A stretch of 64,000 nucleotides of DNA from Raillietiella orientalis (taxonomy: Eukaryota): NCBI GenBank assembly GCA_036172245.1, contig JAYWIR010000001.1, positions 3,844,001 through 3,908,000 of the forward strand. The letters are read 5' to 3'. Shown here one piece after another: positions 25,201 to 38,600 of the stretch; the stretch's first letter is position 1; each line of letters begins with the position of its first letter. The position numbers and the translations under genes are program-made. The notes beneath the pieces were generated by a model. That model was not told the origin of the DNA, did no database searches, and saw nothing but the letters and a program-made list of their open reading frames with translations.

Positions 25201-26692
25201 GTATTGTGACATGTTTTATTTTGTTTTCCATAAGCTATAAGGTTTGGTTCAACTTTATTTTGTAATTTTAGAAGCCCCTGTTTATTTACTGATACCCATA
25301 AGGAATTACAGACCACCAAGATTCAAAGAAAAACTTCGAACATAAATATCATCCATGACACAAAATCAAACTTAGTTACCAGAATGACTGACTCTTTATA
25401 CTTCATTGGAATACAAGACTATAGATCACTGCTGATAATTTTAATGACAGTTCCTAAAGTACTTATCTTAGCTTCAGATGAAAATGTAACTTTCAAAATA
25501 AACATACAAAGGTAACTTTTAAACAAATACGTAGCTAATACAAAATGGATCAGTGATAAAAGTTTTTCAAATTGAACGAATACATACTACTGTAGATGTG
25601 CCATCACCGACTTCTTCATCCTGAAGCTGTGCAAGCTCCACAAGTACTTTTGCTGCAGGATGCTCAACTTCCAGAAGTTTCAGGATTGTTGCTCCGTCAT
25701 TTGTAATGGTAACATCCTATACATCAGAAATACATCATAAGAGTAAAAATCCAATTCAAATTACTAAACCTACATTTTGAAAAACAAGATAGATCATTGA
25801 AAAGACAATTTTTAAAAGAAATGAAGAAATGTGATTTCATTATACTTATTCTTTAAGCACTTCATACTGTTGTATTTATGATAGAAAAGTTGCACTGATT
25901 TTATTCAGATGCACCTTACTTCCCTTCTTACTTATATTTTAATTCTCCCAATAGTACTAAAATTGGCTTCTACAAACTCATAAATTACAAATAAATTCAA
26001 CTGACTTATATAGTGTATTGAAATTCATTCAAAAATACACAGACCATTTTCAATTATGAAAGTTAACACCATGAATGATGCAGGATTTAGGTTTACCAAA
26101 AGCATACTGTTAGTTTTCATCTATCAAGCAATTCAGAATAACAAATACTCGAACTTTCGGCTAGATGCATGTATGGCAAGCAAAACTTCACTGATGTAAA
26201 CAACAAAAACAACTGCATTCCAAACATGTGTCAAAATATCAAAACAGGAGAGAAAAGTATTTTTTGAAATGCTTGACTTGACAAGAATTGAAATATTCAT
26301 TCAAAAACAACTGTTATTACATGCAAGGGGTTAAATGAGCAAATTAAAACAAGCACAACAATAAAACATCTATTTATAGCTAATGCATCGTTTGCCAGTT
26401 CCCCACTGCACATCTACGTGCGACAGTTTATTAAGAATGTTTCTTTAATTTACGACCAAATAGCATCATATGATAACACTTACGCCAATATCATCAACTA
26501 GCATTTTATCGAGACCAACCGGTCCAAGAGAACTCTTAATGACGTTTGCAATGGAGCAAGCTGCTGTCACTGAAAAACCACGTTAATTAGGCTTAATGAA
26601 TTAAATAATATAAAATTCTTACCATTTTGTGTCCTTACTGATGCACCAGCGGTTCTTCTACCATGAACTGTTAATAGACTTTGAACAGACAT
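22223..26692 (-). CDS. TCP1: T-complex protein 1 subunit alpha (CCT1), multi-exon
   Basis: [92 protein letters not shown] and [19 protein letters not shown] at 26692, stop at 22223. Confidence 0.96.
23640..23691 (-). other. U12-type (minor spliceosome) GT-AG intron in TCP1, 52 nt
   Basis: Minus strand reads GTATCCTTatgttgaataaagatgcttaaagagTTTCCTTAATttacacTAG. Removing it restores [14 protein letters not shown] (phase 2). Confidence 0.88.
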
Positions 26693-29600
26693 ACTGCCTG
26701 AAACGTTGTGTGGATTAAAAGAAAGAAAAGCCACAAAACACCTTCAATTCGAAGGAAACACACAAACCTCTAAGCTTACAATGTTACCAATACTTGAAAA
26801 AGAAAAAAAAAAAAAAGGCTGCCACATACATGGATATAATGCTTTTCTTTTTCTTTTCTTTTCATTGCACTACTACACAAGAATTCTCAATTACTATCTC
26901 GGATGGGCTATTATCTCGATTTTTTGAGCTGTTAGCTGCAGCTTCAGTTTTTGAAAAACTTTTCAGTTAACAAAAAAAAAAGGCAGCGAGAGTAGAAGAG
27001 AATTTAAGTAATTTCGAATAAAGAAGAATACAGTTGCAAATAAATTATAAAAGTATCAGTTAAGACGAACACAAAGATGAAAATTTTATCCGATGAATAG
27101 AGCTTATTTTCTGTACGTAAAATTATTTTACACCTTGCAAGGCTTAAATAATTTCAGTGTTATAATTAACATAAACCTTAAATGTAATCTATGATCGATC
27201 GGATCTTAATGCAGACGGGATACATGAAAAGAAATGAAATCAAATGCAATATTTTCCTCATTGTAATACACCACTGTATGTATTTATCTGTATTTTCCAC
27301 AGCTTGAAAGTTTGCCCGAATTCATATGATTAATATAAGGATGCTGTACTAGTTGATGTAAGTGCTTTTAAAAAAAAAATACTTATAGAATTCTGATTCA
27401 TGCAGGAACGTAGGGAGTTGCAAGCATCCAGAATTCTATACTAAATTCTAACTTGTACAAGGCAAAGTTGACATTCTTTTGATGAAAGCTACAATTTTAC
27501 AGAAATATCCTCAAATAGATATCGAATACAACAAACTTTTGGCGAACTCATCCAGATTTACAAAAAACATTCTATTCAAACATTTAAGGATAATGAAAAA
27601 ATGCATGTTCGCGAAACAAACAGTAAACTTTAATGTTTACTTGTCCATATATATATTTTTTATAAATAATACACTAGACGGGATATAGCAAATATGAAGC
27701 ATCGTATACGCACTCCAAAGTAGGGAAGGAAATTCATTCTATAAGTCTTGACGTGTAGTTGTTTAACAATGATGATTATTTGTTACTTAATCAAGAAATC
27801 TTTATCCATATAATATTATTTAATAATTCCTTGGATTTTCGATGTGATAAAAATTTGCGAAAGTTAGAAATGATGTTTCAAATACAGGTTTTTTTGTCTT
27901 TTTGCTGATGCAATTATTTATTTTTAAACAATATTCAAATTTTCCCTCATGACACAAATTTTATTTCATTTATATTTATTTATATGAAAGGCCTTTTAAA
28001 GCTGAATTTGACAACAAAAGTTTTTCCCTAAAAACCTATTAAATAGATGGAAGCATATTTTGATTCACGAGCAGTTAGAAATTATGAAGTTAGTATTTCC
28101 CTACTATTCCATAACTGGACAAAAGTAGAAAAATGGTGAAAAGTCCATTTTACAAGGGATTCTTCTTAGCTTATATCATAGAAAATTTCATGTGGGCATA
28201 TGTGTCAGATAAATACAGCACTTGAATAGGATACAATATAATATTTAAATACAGTATGCGTATTGGATACAGTATACATGAGACTGTACTTTGTTGCTTA
28301 GGTAAAAATTAAATCATAATTCCCATCCATTTTCTTCTTTGTGATCACGTGTTGTATGCCTTTACACTGATTTGATACTATTAAAGGCATTGATTGAGCT
28401 TCGGAAATCGGAGAGCCAGTCACGCATCTTATGTTCAATATTAATTGCCGGAAAATCCTTAATAAAGTAGATGTCTTGATTGGGGTAGCAAACATGCAAT
28501 TCAGTATGCTTTAAATGTGGGCTCCTCGTCAAGACAAGCAAACACTGCAGAGGAAGGCTTTCCTTAGCAGTGTGGAAATTCCTTTGATGCTCTGTTTAGT
28601 TAATCGTGGGAATTTTTCAGCCATTTACCTTGGAAGGATAATCCCTGCAAGGCAAACTTGGGAGTCTGTCTAGGAAAACCAACTGAGAGGTATGTGCTCT
28701 TGGGTTCCAATAAAATATGCTACCAAACCGATTGTTCGTGTTTTAAAAAGAAAAAGCTAGAAAAAAAGATTGAGGTATTGGAAATACATTTCGTTCTTTG
28801 TATTCATGAGAAGGTTGGTGGATGTCGGTCGTTAGAAAAACATTCAGCACTTTAGGATTCATGCCCGTTGCATCGGTTGGTTTGTCTGAAATTCTGCCAC
28901 AATTCAAAAACGACTATTTATGCCAATGATGCCTGAGTGCAATTTGTGAAGTGATGCTCGACTACTACGACCTCGTCTCTTTACCCATTCCTTTTGCAGT
29001 TGCACATATAATCGTAAACTTTTGGTACACTTTCGGAGAAGCATTTTTTAAATGAAAGACACTCTTGCAATCACCAAGGCAAAATCTTATTAATCTGCGG
29101 GCTTTAATCGGTTTCCGATTCAATAAACCCTTGGCATGTTCTGAGTATTCGAGACCCGTTTGCTTCTGAAATCAACTCCACACACACGCACATATAAGCA
29201 GATGATTCAGCAAGCTGGAGAGTAAGTTGTCATCCTAGAGTATGGCAGAATTATGAAAGTCAGTGTGGAAAGGGAGGAGTTTAAATGGGTTCCAAAGGAC
29301 ATGCCATTCCATTAAGCATACATGTGCTGGGGCAAACAGCTGTTCAACCGATGCAGTAGTGTTAGGGTAAGGTGAAAGATGCAAATAAGAAATTAAAGCA
29401 GATGTTTAGAAGATGCAGAGCTTGAAATTACATAGATTTTGTGATACGTGTGGAATCAACAGATTGAAAGTTACGATCTCTTCTGTTTGGTTTTCGAGAT
29501 CCGATTGAAATTTGCGTCATTCCCTTCCAGTTGCATTCTGTTGCATGTCCTGAATGATGCACATTCCCGCGGATGCATTTCCCGCTTCTCGGTGTTTTCT

Positions 29601-32600
29601 TTTTCCTTTATTTCCGATGCTGATCCGGGGCGCAGTTGCCACACTGAAGATGTGCTTCCGCATTTTCGTTTTCAAACGAAAAGGCTTTTCGTCGCAACAC
29701 AGTTTGTACATCTGAAAGTGGTTGCTCTTGTACCACACGTGAGGTTGCTGCTCAGCAGCCATGAACACACACCCATGATGGAGTGCCATCCTTATTTGGC
29801 ATGCTATTCACATTCGCTCTAATTTCAGAGTGTTTGAAAATCCCGTTTGCTGACCCGACTGTCTTAGAATGACCTGTGCCTCCGTTTCCGTTTGTCGAGT
29901 CCTGCGAGGGAGAGCAGTGTCGACTCGAATCTTGAAAATCCGAGTTCACCTTTTCCCTCATCCCACAACATTGCCAAAAACTTTATCAATCACATCCTCA
30001 GCATAAAGGTCATATGTCGTATTCGAAATGTATGGGCATTATTCTAAGCACGAGATTCGTTGAAAACTCGGATCAGCCAATAGAAAAATTGATTGACAAA
30101 GGAAACTGGTAACTGAAAAACACAAAATGATAGTGGCAACAGCAAAGCACCAGGTAAATGAGAAGGTAAATAAGTGAAAAACGCTTTGCACGCTGAAGAT
30201 AGCAAGTGTTCTGACACTTTTTGACCATCAAGCACACGTCCAGCATAAAGACAATCAAAAGGAAATGTTTTCAGTGCATTGTGGAACTCGGGAATCTCCT
30301 ATTCTATTCTATAAGTCTCACTCTGATGACCCGAGTATCGTAACGTGTCAGAGTCGGAAAACTGCTTGATCTCTGTATCTGCAATTTCTCTTCATATCGA
30401 TTTGGTAGCACGTGATAAGATACAAATGCAGAGCTCGACTCGTTTGCAGCTGTCAAAGTGATGCTAATGAGCGTCATGCACCATCACCACTCACTAGCTG
30501 ATGCATCTGGACGAAAGACGGCTATTGATCACAGAGCGTTGGACACATAGCTCTGGAGCCATCTGCGACTCATCTCGCGCCAGGAAAATCGGCTTCCGCT
30601 TATTCCTTGCACCGAATCTCCAAATTCACCTCGGCGAGAAGAAATCTTGTGATCCTTTGAATCCCGAAATTTGAAATCTCAGATTCTCTTCGCTGAGATT
30701 TGCATATTCTTAGGTAAAACCGATCCGCAGATAAGTGCACTATCCTTTTCATTTGAAAGTTGGGAGAGATTTCGTAGGAAATATCGTAGGTATTCTTCTC
30801 GCGATGACGATGCAAAGTTCATTTATAAAATCACTTCCGCTAATATCCTCGACGGTTCTTTCATTACTTCTTGTCAAAATCGCAGTGTTTTTGCCTCTTC
30901 TTTTGTGCCTAATTCCGCTGACATCCCAGTAATCCTCATCGCTCAAAGCGCTGACCATGCACACGGCTCACCATGGATCGAGTCTTCATCTATCTTTTAC
31001 CTGGTTTCAACCTGGTTGTCACATTCACAAGGCGATCTTGGGCATTGGATTTTCGAGAGGAAAAAACGAACTGTCCTGATGGTGTTTCATTTTCGGTTTT
31101 AATGCTCAGCTTCATGACCTTGTTGTTCTCTTTGCAAAATCTGTGACCACTTTATCCGATCCTTGCGAGGAATTCATGCTCTGCAACCAACTGTCCCGTA
31201 TTGAAGTTCCTCCTATTGGATTGGAGAAGGCAACTCAATTTCCCTTTTCTCTATGAACGCGTGTGAGGGTAATGCTTTTCTGTTTCCTATTTGTCACAAA
31301 AAGTTGAAAGTCACAAACAATCTATGGAAATCAGAAACTCCAGGTACATAGACCACCATTGCAGAGTTCTTCAATTGGAAGAAAGCTACATGTTAATACG
31401 TGGTTTTTTGTTTTTGTTTTTGTTTTTTAGAAAAAAAAATCCTGACAGAATCCATACAACAGAATGAAACTTTGCTGCATTTCTTTTTCTTTTTTTCCGG
31501 CCGCCTTCATCCTGAGTTCCGTTTCTATCGCCATCCTGCTAGTTGTTGCTGAAGCCGCTTTTTTATATCCATCAAACCTGACTTCGTTTCGATTTCTTCC
31601 CTTCTTTACCCTTTTGCTAGCTGTGTGCTTTTCCATTGATCTATCTGTTTATCTTCCTAGTTTCACTGTTCAGGAAATGAATTTCCGGCTGCCAGCTGAG
31701 GAGCAGCAGGAAGTGACTGTACCCCCTCCCCCCCCCCCCCTAACCACGGCGTAGTATGGATACTTGCATTGATGAAGGGGAGCCACGGTGTGAACGTATC
31801 TTCTTCGATAGATCCGCAACTTTCGTTTCCTAATCGCACTTTGACACTGGGTGCATTCTCAATGTTGTACACGAAGTGTCTGAACATGTCCCTGAGTTTT
31901 TCCATCCGGAGCATGCGCATCTCGGAACGTTACCGGATTTTTTCTTTCCCTTTTCCGTGGCATATGATTGAGTGGTTGATGACTTGATGCTATGCTAGTA
32001 ACCAGGCAATCTGTCACACCTGTCGGGTGCACCCGTTTGTTTCCAACGTGCATGTGCTCCATGAAGTGAACCTTCTCGTTAGAGAAGACGAGTAATGTTG
32101 AAAGGAAAGGTTGAGTGTTGTCGCCCTTTTCCCAGAGGAGATGGAGTCCTTGCATGTTGCCTTTAAAACGACCTCCTTGATGAATCTCGCCACCATTCAG
32201 GTTGAAATTAGCTCAGAAGTGCTGTGTTCTCGGAGTCCCAGTGGAAAGTTTCCCTACGGCCTTGTCATTCTTTGCTGCGTGAACAAGAAGCAGCCATGAC
32301 GCCACTCCATGGGTCTCTTAAAATGGCGCAGCATTTTGAAGAGAGATAGAGAGGGAAAAATTCCCGGATTCGTTGCGGGGTCGACTCCTTCCCGACACGA
32401 AAGCATATAAGAGCTGGAGCACTTCTTGAATGGAGTGTGTTCCAGAGGTCCGACGAATAGCTGATGCAGGACTTTCGGTCTCTACGTCCCATGTCGGTCT
32501 TATCTAGCAAGCCCGGAGCGAAGCAACACAAGAAATCAGCTCAGCTTTTCCCGAAGCGCAATTATCATGCGATGTGCTTGTTGGCTTGGGATAATTGTTC

Positions 32601-34086
32601 CCAGTGCTTTTGTAAGAGCCGTCGTTCATTACAGCAACTCACGCTGATGGAACCTCATTTTTTTGTCGACGGGCACCAAGCCAGCTTTTTCACGAGGACG
32701 ACCCGGAAATGGCTGTTGGGAGAAACTGTAAACGAAGGTAGGTTCGTTGATTGAGCCGGAATTGAATTTGCATCCACAGGAACTCCGGAAGACGAACCCA
32801 TCAACATGCTTCGGAAAAGTAACGAACCGGCGCCGTCCTCCGCTGTGAGCCCTGGAAGGGAAAAAGTGGACGAAGATCCCGATATGATTGCTCAAGAAGG
32901 GAGTACCTCAGTAATTTCACATGATGGAGAAGGAACCGTGGCAACAGCACATGAAGCTATTTCGAAAGAGACTCAAACCCAGCTCTGGCTTCCGAACATC
33001 GCTCGAGACTCTCACCTCGAAGCCTTTCCCCACACCTGTTCTGGGAACGAGTCAAAGCTCAGCAAGAGGCTTTGCTCTTTGCATCCTCATATGGAGCACT
33101 TGAGAAACAGCTATGAGCTGTTATTCCATAACCACATGAAAACACTGTCTTTGTGGATTGATCTAACGCGGGATCCTGCTGGATACACTTCGAACTCAGT
33201 GGAACGGTGCCTTTTTTGAAGAAGGTATTGCTGTTGCACCAGGGAAAAAAAAAGAAAGAAAGAAAGATGAAAGCTTATCATTATGAGGAACATGGAGTTC
33301 CAGAAACCAGTGTCGTCCTACTTTGTGTCAAGTGGAAGAAACAACTCGTGCGAATGTCCTTGACTCAAAATGCCTGACAAAGCGAGATGCTAATGGCTAT
33401 TTCCCGTCTCACAGCATGCTGCTGTTCTGTGCCTTCTGACGCTGAAAAGACATTCACAACCCTTATTGATTTAGAGAAACGTGGTCAAAGATGTTGTTTA
33501 TAATCATGTCACCTAATAGAGAAGCACCAAAGGCAGTATTGCTCGCCTGTATATCTCCCATGCTTCTGGAACACCATGCAGTGTTCGTTGCTTCGGCAAC
33601 TTGATGACTCAGAGAAATGCACGAATGGGCTTCACAACTGGAGGATAGAATATAAAAATGGGTGCGGCTACAAGTATGAAAGAAGCCATCAGCGGAAGCA
33701 AGCGAAACCTGGTCGGTCATGAAAGCAGTCGGTATTAAGGCTTTGTTTAGCTTTCGATTTAAACCGAATATCTGATGTGGTTTCCTGCCAGGGATTCCGT
33801 TCCCTGATCCTTTCTGGGCGAGATAAGGCGTTCTCCTGACCACTTTATCTGAATAATCGACTTCGTCTCATGGGAGGGATTCGTTGCTTGCAGATCAAGC
33901 CACCACAGGATTTTCCCATTACACGCCATTCAGAGCACGGTATCACTGCGACCGCGAGACGAGCAGATTTCGCTTTAAAAGAATACGGTAAACTTAGAGC
34001 ATAGCATTCAGCAATAAAAGTTTCCATGTTTTCCCTACATGTTTATGGAATGTATGATTACATTTGTTCCAAGTACAGTGGACCAC

Positions 34087-34178
34087 CACGTGACGCGAGC
34101 TCACCACGCGACGAAAAAATGGCGGCTCCTCGCACAACACGTGCAATCCCGTGCGTAGCTGTGGACACGAAACACGTG
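34087..34178. promoter_or_regulatory. Putative promoter/enhancer: three CACGTG E-boxes and a YY1-type AAAATGGCGGC motif in a CpG-rich patch
   Basis: CACGTG at 34087, 34138 and 34173; AAAATGGCGGC at 34116-34126. Confidence 0.45.
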
Positions 34179-35563
34179 ATTTGAGTGGGGTTGAGTTCTA
34201 TTTCATTTCAGTTTTCGTGGCTAAAATAGCGCTCCAAGATATATATTTGAACAACGAGAATGATAGAGCTGAAACAATGGAGTTTAAATTGATTAAGTAT
34301 CAACAAAATTCTAAAAACTCTTTTTCACTTTTACTTAAATAATAGGTAAAGACTTCGAATTTTTCTTCTTGTTTTAAAGTCAAACATTCTACTGTCATAT
34401 CGTTTCAGATATTCGTTTTTTAACTTTTATAAATCCTAATTTACCATCTATGTGTATTATACCGTACAGCTCGTAAAGCACAAAACGTATCCCCCGAATT
34501 ATATGGGGGGCCCTACTGTAATGTATTCAATGATTGCGTGAGACAGCAAGAGGAAATTTCTAAGGCAACTTTTTTTTTCTTTTTTATCAACAAAAACCCG
34601 ATGGACTTCTTTCACTCTTCAAAACGAAAACGGAAACTTTCCTTCGAAGAAACCAAAAGCAAAAGGGGGGGGGATGCGAGAAAGGTCATCTTAGATAACT
34701 TGGTACTTCTTCCTACTCATCTCTGTCGAGGATGTCACGAAATTAAATTTATAATGAGAGATATTATGAATCCTTGTGTGACGCTAATAACATGTTGGAA
34801 CAGATGATACGAGAAATTGGAAACATCGACTGCGGTGCACTTTTTTTCTCTACCTTTCCGTCTTAGAGCAGTCGTCTCATTTTCCCCACTTCAAGATGCC
34901 AAGTGGTTGTTCGATCGCGCTTCCGCTCCAATGCCTTCGTAATAACTCTCCAACGTATTTCTGGAAACAAAGATCCGGAAATATTTTCCTTTGCAAAAGA
35001 AGTCCCAGAAGTTTCTTTTGGACCTTCTCGTGCCTGTGTCACAGCGACCAGGTAAAGCGACCCTAGTCATGGTGCCCGGAGCTCTTCAGTGAACCACAGT
35101 CGAAATGAGTTCTAGCTAATTCTCACAAACACTAAACACTGACTACGGAACCTGAGCACCTACAATGCTTATGACTAAACTGCGATTTGTTTGCTTCGAC
35201 ATTATGCTCTCTCGATTCTCGAAACTCTCATGTCGTCCAGAGACCAAGGCAAAGACCCGGACACATGGAATACCACAATTTCGGCCATAGACACTTACGG
35301 AACAGCTTCCGGACGAATATTCCTTTTGGAGATTTTTATTCGGTGTGCTTGTAGCTTTTTGCAAACAGCAGCTGAACACTCATGAGAAGAGTGTACAATA
35401 CGAAAACCCTTCGGCCTCTGAATGCTCAGCTTCCAGACCCCTTTGACCTTACTACATGCGTGCTACCTGGCATCCAAGTTTAACTACGAATAGAGTGCGT
35501 CTTCAGACGAAAGTTAACGAATTGTAAGAACCCCCCAACAACGAATCCACGGCCAGAATGGAA

Positions 35564-35675
35564 ACAAAATGCTTCATTACAAGAGATGAGATGATTCATC
35601 TCGCGTCTTGTAATGAAGCATTTGTGCATTTCTCATCACGAGAAATGAATCATCTTTTGTAATGAAGCATTTTGT
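35564..35675. repeat. Compound foldback: one left arm with two alternative complementary right arms
   Basis: aaatgcttcattacaaga pairs perfectly (18 bp) with tcttgtaatgaagcattt (35606-35623). A second right arm, atgaatcatct..ttgtaatgaagcattttgt (35646-35675), also pairs with the left arm. Confidence 0.85.
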
Positions 35676-38600
35676 GTGCTTTGCTTTTGATGCCAAACTC
35701 ACAATGTCTTTTCACCAGAAGAACGGTCCTAAGCTTTCTTCTCCGAATAATTATCTGTTCCAACAGACATCCTATACATCTTGTGATGTTCCCCGGCTTC
35801 TCGTGATGAATTGCACACCCCAGTCCTCTGCTAGATATTCACATATAAACACCACAAGAAAGAACCGCCATGCAGATAGGGTGTGCGCTGCTAAATAACA
35901 CATTCCAAGTAATGGATCCATCTCAATTAACCATTTTTCACGTCTCTCAACCAACTCCTGTGAAACCTCACAAAAATGCTTTCCCTAGAAACCCTGCATG
36001 ATGCATCCGGGAAGATTCGAGGCAGCTCAGAACCTCTTCTCTTGCACACCTAGGCACACCAGGGAGTCACCCAATTCACATCAAATCGAAGGCACAGAAG
36101 TTCCTAATAAGTGTACCAGAGGACACTGGCAATATCCTCAATGTCAACATTGAAGTTGCCTGTCTCGTGACGTTACATACCAGACACTTGAAAAACTCAC
36201 GTGTTCTTAGCTACACTGGCATAGAAGAGTGGCGGGAAAAGCTAAATAGCAAAAAAAGAAAAAGAAAAAAAAAAGGAAGAAGAAGAAGCAAATATTATGC
36301 AAGCGTATGCTTTGAAAATATTGCATATATGTGCATATCCATCATATGTCAGGGTTTGGAAAAAGCAAATTATATGGTGTAATCAACCTTCCTATAGTCA
36401 GGCTCCAAATTTTTTTTGTGGCTTATCGTGACTTTCCCCGAATGGTGCAAAACTTCGAATATACCGACTTCGATCTTGCTGCTTTAGAAGTCTCGCTAAG
36501 ATCGTGACATAATGGGCCTCGATCCATATCCATTTCGTCATTACAGAAGCCAACGGTTCTCGGTTGTGGGCCCGAGACTTCAGAAATGAGTGCTGCACAA
36601 CTTTTTGAAAATTAGATGATCCCACGGAGATGATCTCCGAAACATGAAATTTTGAGACGAAGCTGCAAATGACGAAGGCACCTGGCATTGGGAGGAGGGT
36701 GACCTTTCGATTCGCTGCGTGTAGCTGTGATCGATTACGAAAATTGCCAGCTCGATGAGGCAGAAACGAGAAGAAATTGGATGATGCTGTCGGCAAAGGG
36801 GAAGATGTGAAATTTTTTAAAAATTTGCTGTAATGTCAGGGGCTTACGTTGATGACCGATTGCACGCGACAGCCTCTGAAAATATCAGATCATAAATATC
36901 AGAAAATATCATATCCTCGCAGTCCGTGTAACGAGATCCCCCAAAGGCTTGCTTTATCGACATCCTGTTTACTAGTCGGAAAGTTCTTGCAGAAAAAACA
37001 GCAGTATACATCATGGAATTTACTTTTCATTTCTATCACATTGTAAAGAAAATCTAAGAAGTATCAAAGAGAAAGGAATGAAGTCCTACGATCCTAACCA
37101 GTACGAAATGAAAGCGCCTTTTCTACTCCGGAAAAAAAAGAAAAAGAAAGGAGAAAGCGTTCGGATGTTTACATTCAAGGCAAAATACTCTAATGAAGAA
37201 GTGATGTTGCATTCCTTTCGAGGAAATTTCTTTCCTTTCCTCGTTTTCATCTAAGTTTCGAGCTATGGCTTTTTTCCAGCTTTTTTTTTTTCCCCGCTTC
37301 CCGTGAAAGTACTTCGTTGACTGCAACTGTTCTACTCACACTATGATTTGAGAAAGACAGAAAGCAGAATAGAAACCGGCTATAAAGATAATTCCACAGA
37401 CTTCCCAGTGCTTTCACGCCATCCGTTGCAGTGATCTCATGACAAATCCTCAGTGTGCCTGACTCATACTTCCAAACAAGTTCTTGGGCTGCTGCCATCG
37501 TACAGATTCACCAAAGCAGCAACGGAGACTCATGTCAGCGTGGAGTATTCTTTGATTTGCTTAAGGAACAGTTTACGAATGAAATAAGGTAAGACTCATG
37601 GTGATCAGAGACACATACTGAGATCCCACGATAAAGACTAGCTACATCTGTGAAGACAAGTGCAATGTGCCCGTCCGAGTGCCATGTGGACAACAGAACA
37701 GCATGTCCACCAGACGGTTAAACAACAAATGGGTATCCAGGTCTTCTACTGTAGTGAGCTGCAAGATGCAAAGCACCGCATAATAGATACGCCATAGCAG
37801 CATCCAAACCCAATGCTGAAATTAACCCACGAGGAACTGGCATACACAGTGAACTCACGATATGATGTAGCTTGAATCTGCAAGACAGGTGACACCGGTT
37901 CCGCAACTTTTATTGGCAACTGACCAAAGGAAGAAAGAATTAGCTCCATCGCGGGGTTCCACGAAGTGCAAGAGTTGTAAGGTGAAGACATTACAGTGGG
38001 TTCCTTCCTGCGCGCCAGCTCCGTACTAATCGACTGCTTCACTGGATTTACGTTGGGGATGATGGGAACAACCATGAGACCTAATGTGTTGAGTTTCTAT
38101 ACAGAGGTCTTGTGCAACGAATCACAAAGGCGCAGTTTGCATGTTAGCTGCCATCTTAACACTTGGTAGGAGGCAAAGATAATTAAGAAAGTGTCAACAG
38201 TACTTCGTAGTAAGTCCAAAAAGACGAAAGAAAGAAACACTACGATGGCACATCATGGAATCCGTACCACGGTGACTGCATTCGCGCACTCTCATCGATC
38301 TCACCGATCTAACACACACAAATCAAACACCAAGATAAGGGAAACACATCGCAGCTGAACACTACTCTCTATTCTAACGTACACAGGTGTAGTAAGCAAG
38401 CAAATATTGGCATGTACACTTGTAATGCGAGTACTAGAGAATAAGCTGATTTGTACCTCATATGGCGACCGAACACAAGAGGACTGATTGAGCTGGCTGG
38501 AAAACGTGTTGGTGTATCGCTAATTAAGGTCCGTGTCGAGATTCAATGGATTCAAATTATTCTTTGCTGAATGTTTCACGACATAAAGTGGGTGAATGGA

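Noticed and set aside
24000-26200. C/D snoRNA candidates from 9-10 nt rRNA complementarities (cagacctgtt, tgtattagct, atcagtagg)
   Set aside because: The guides are short and lack correctly placed C and D boxes.
28500-28650. DHHC-like fragments (CFKC...SKHCR; HLPWKDN)
   Set aside because: The key DHHC and cysteine residues are absent and the frames do not join.
36430-36570. uDENN-like fragments (PNGAKL...HFVITEANGSRLW)
   Set aside because: Short, with an in-frame stop between them and no supporting downstream DENN motifs; chance similarity is likely.
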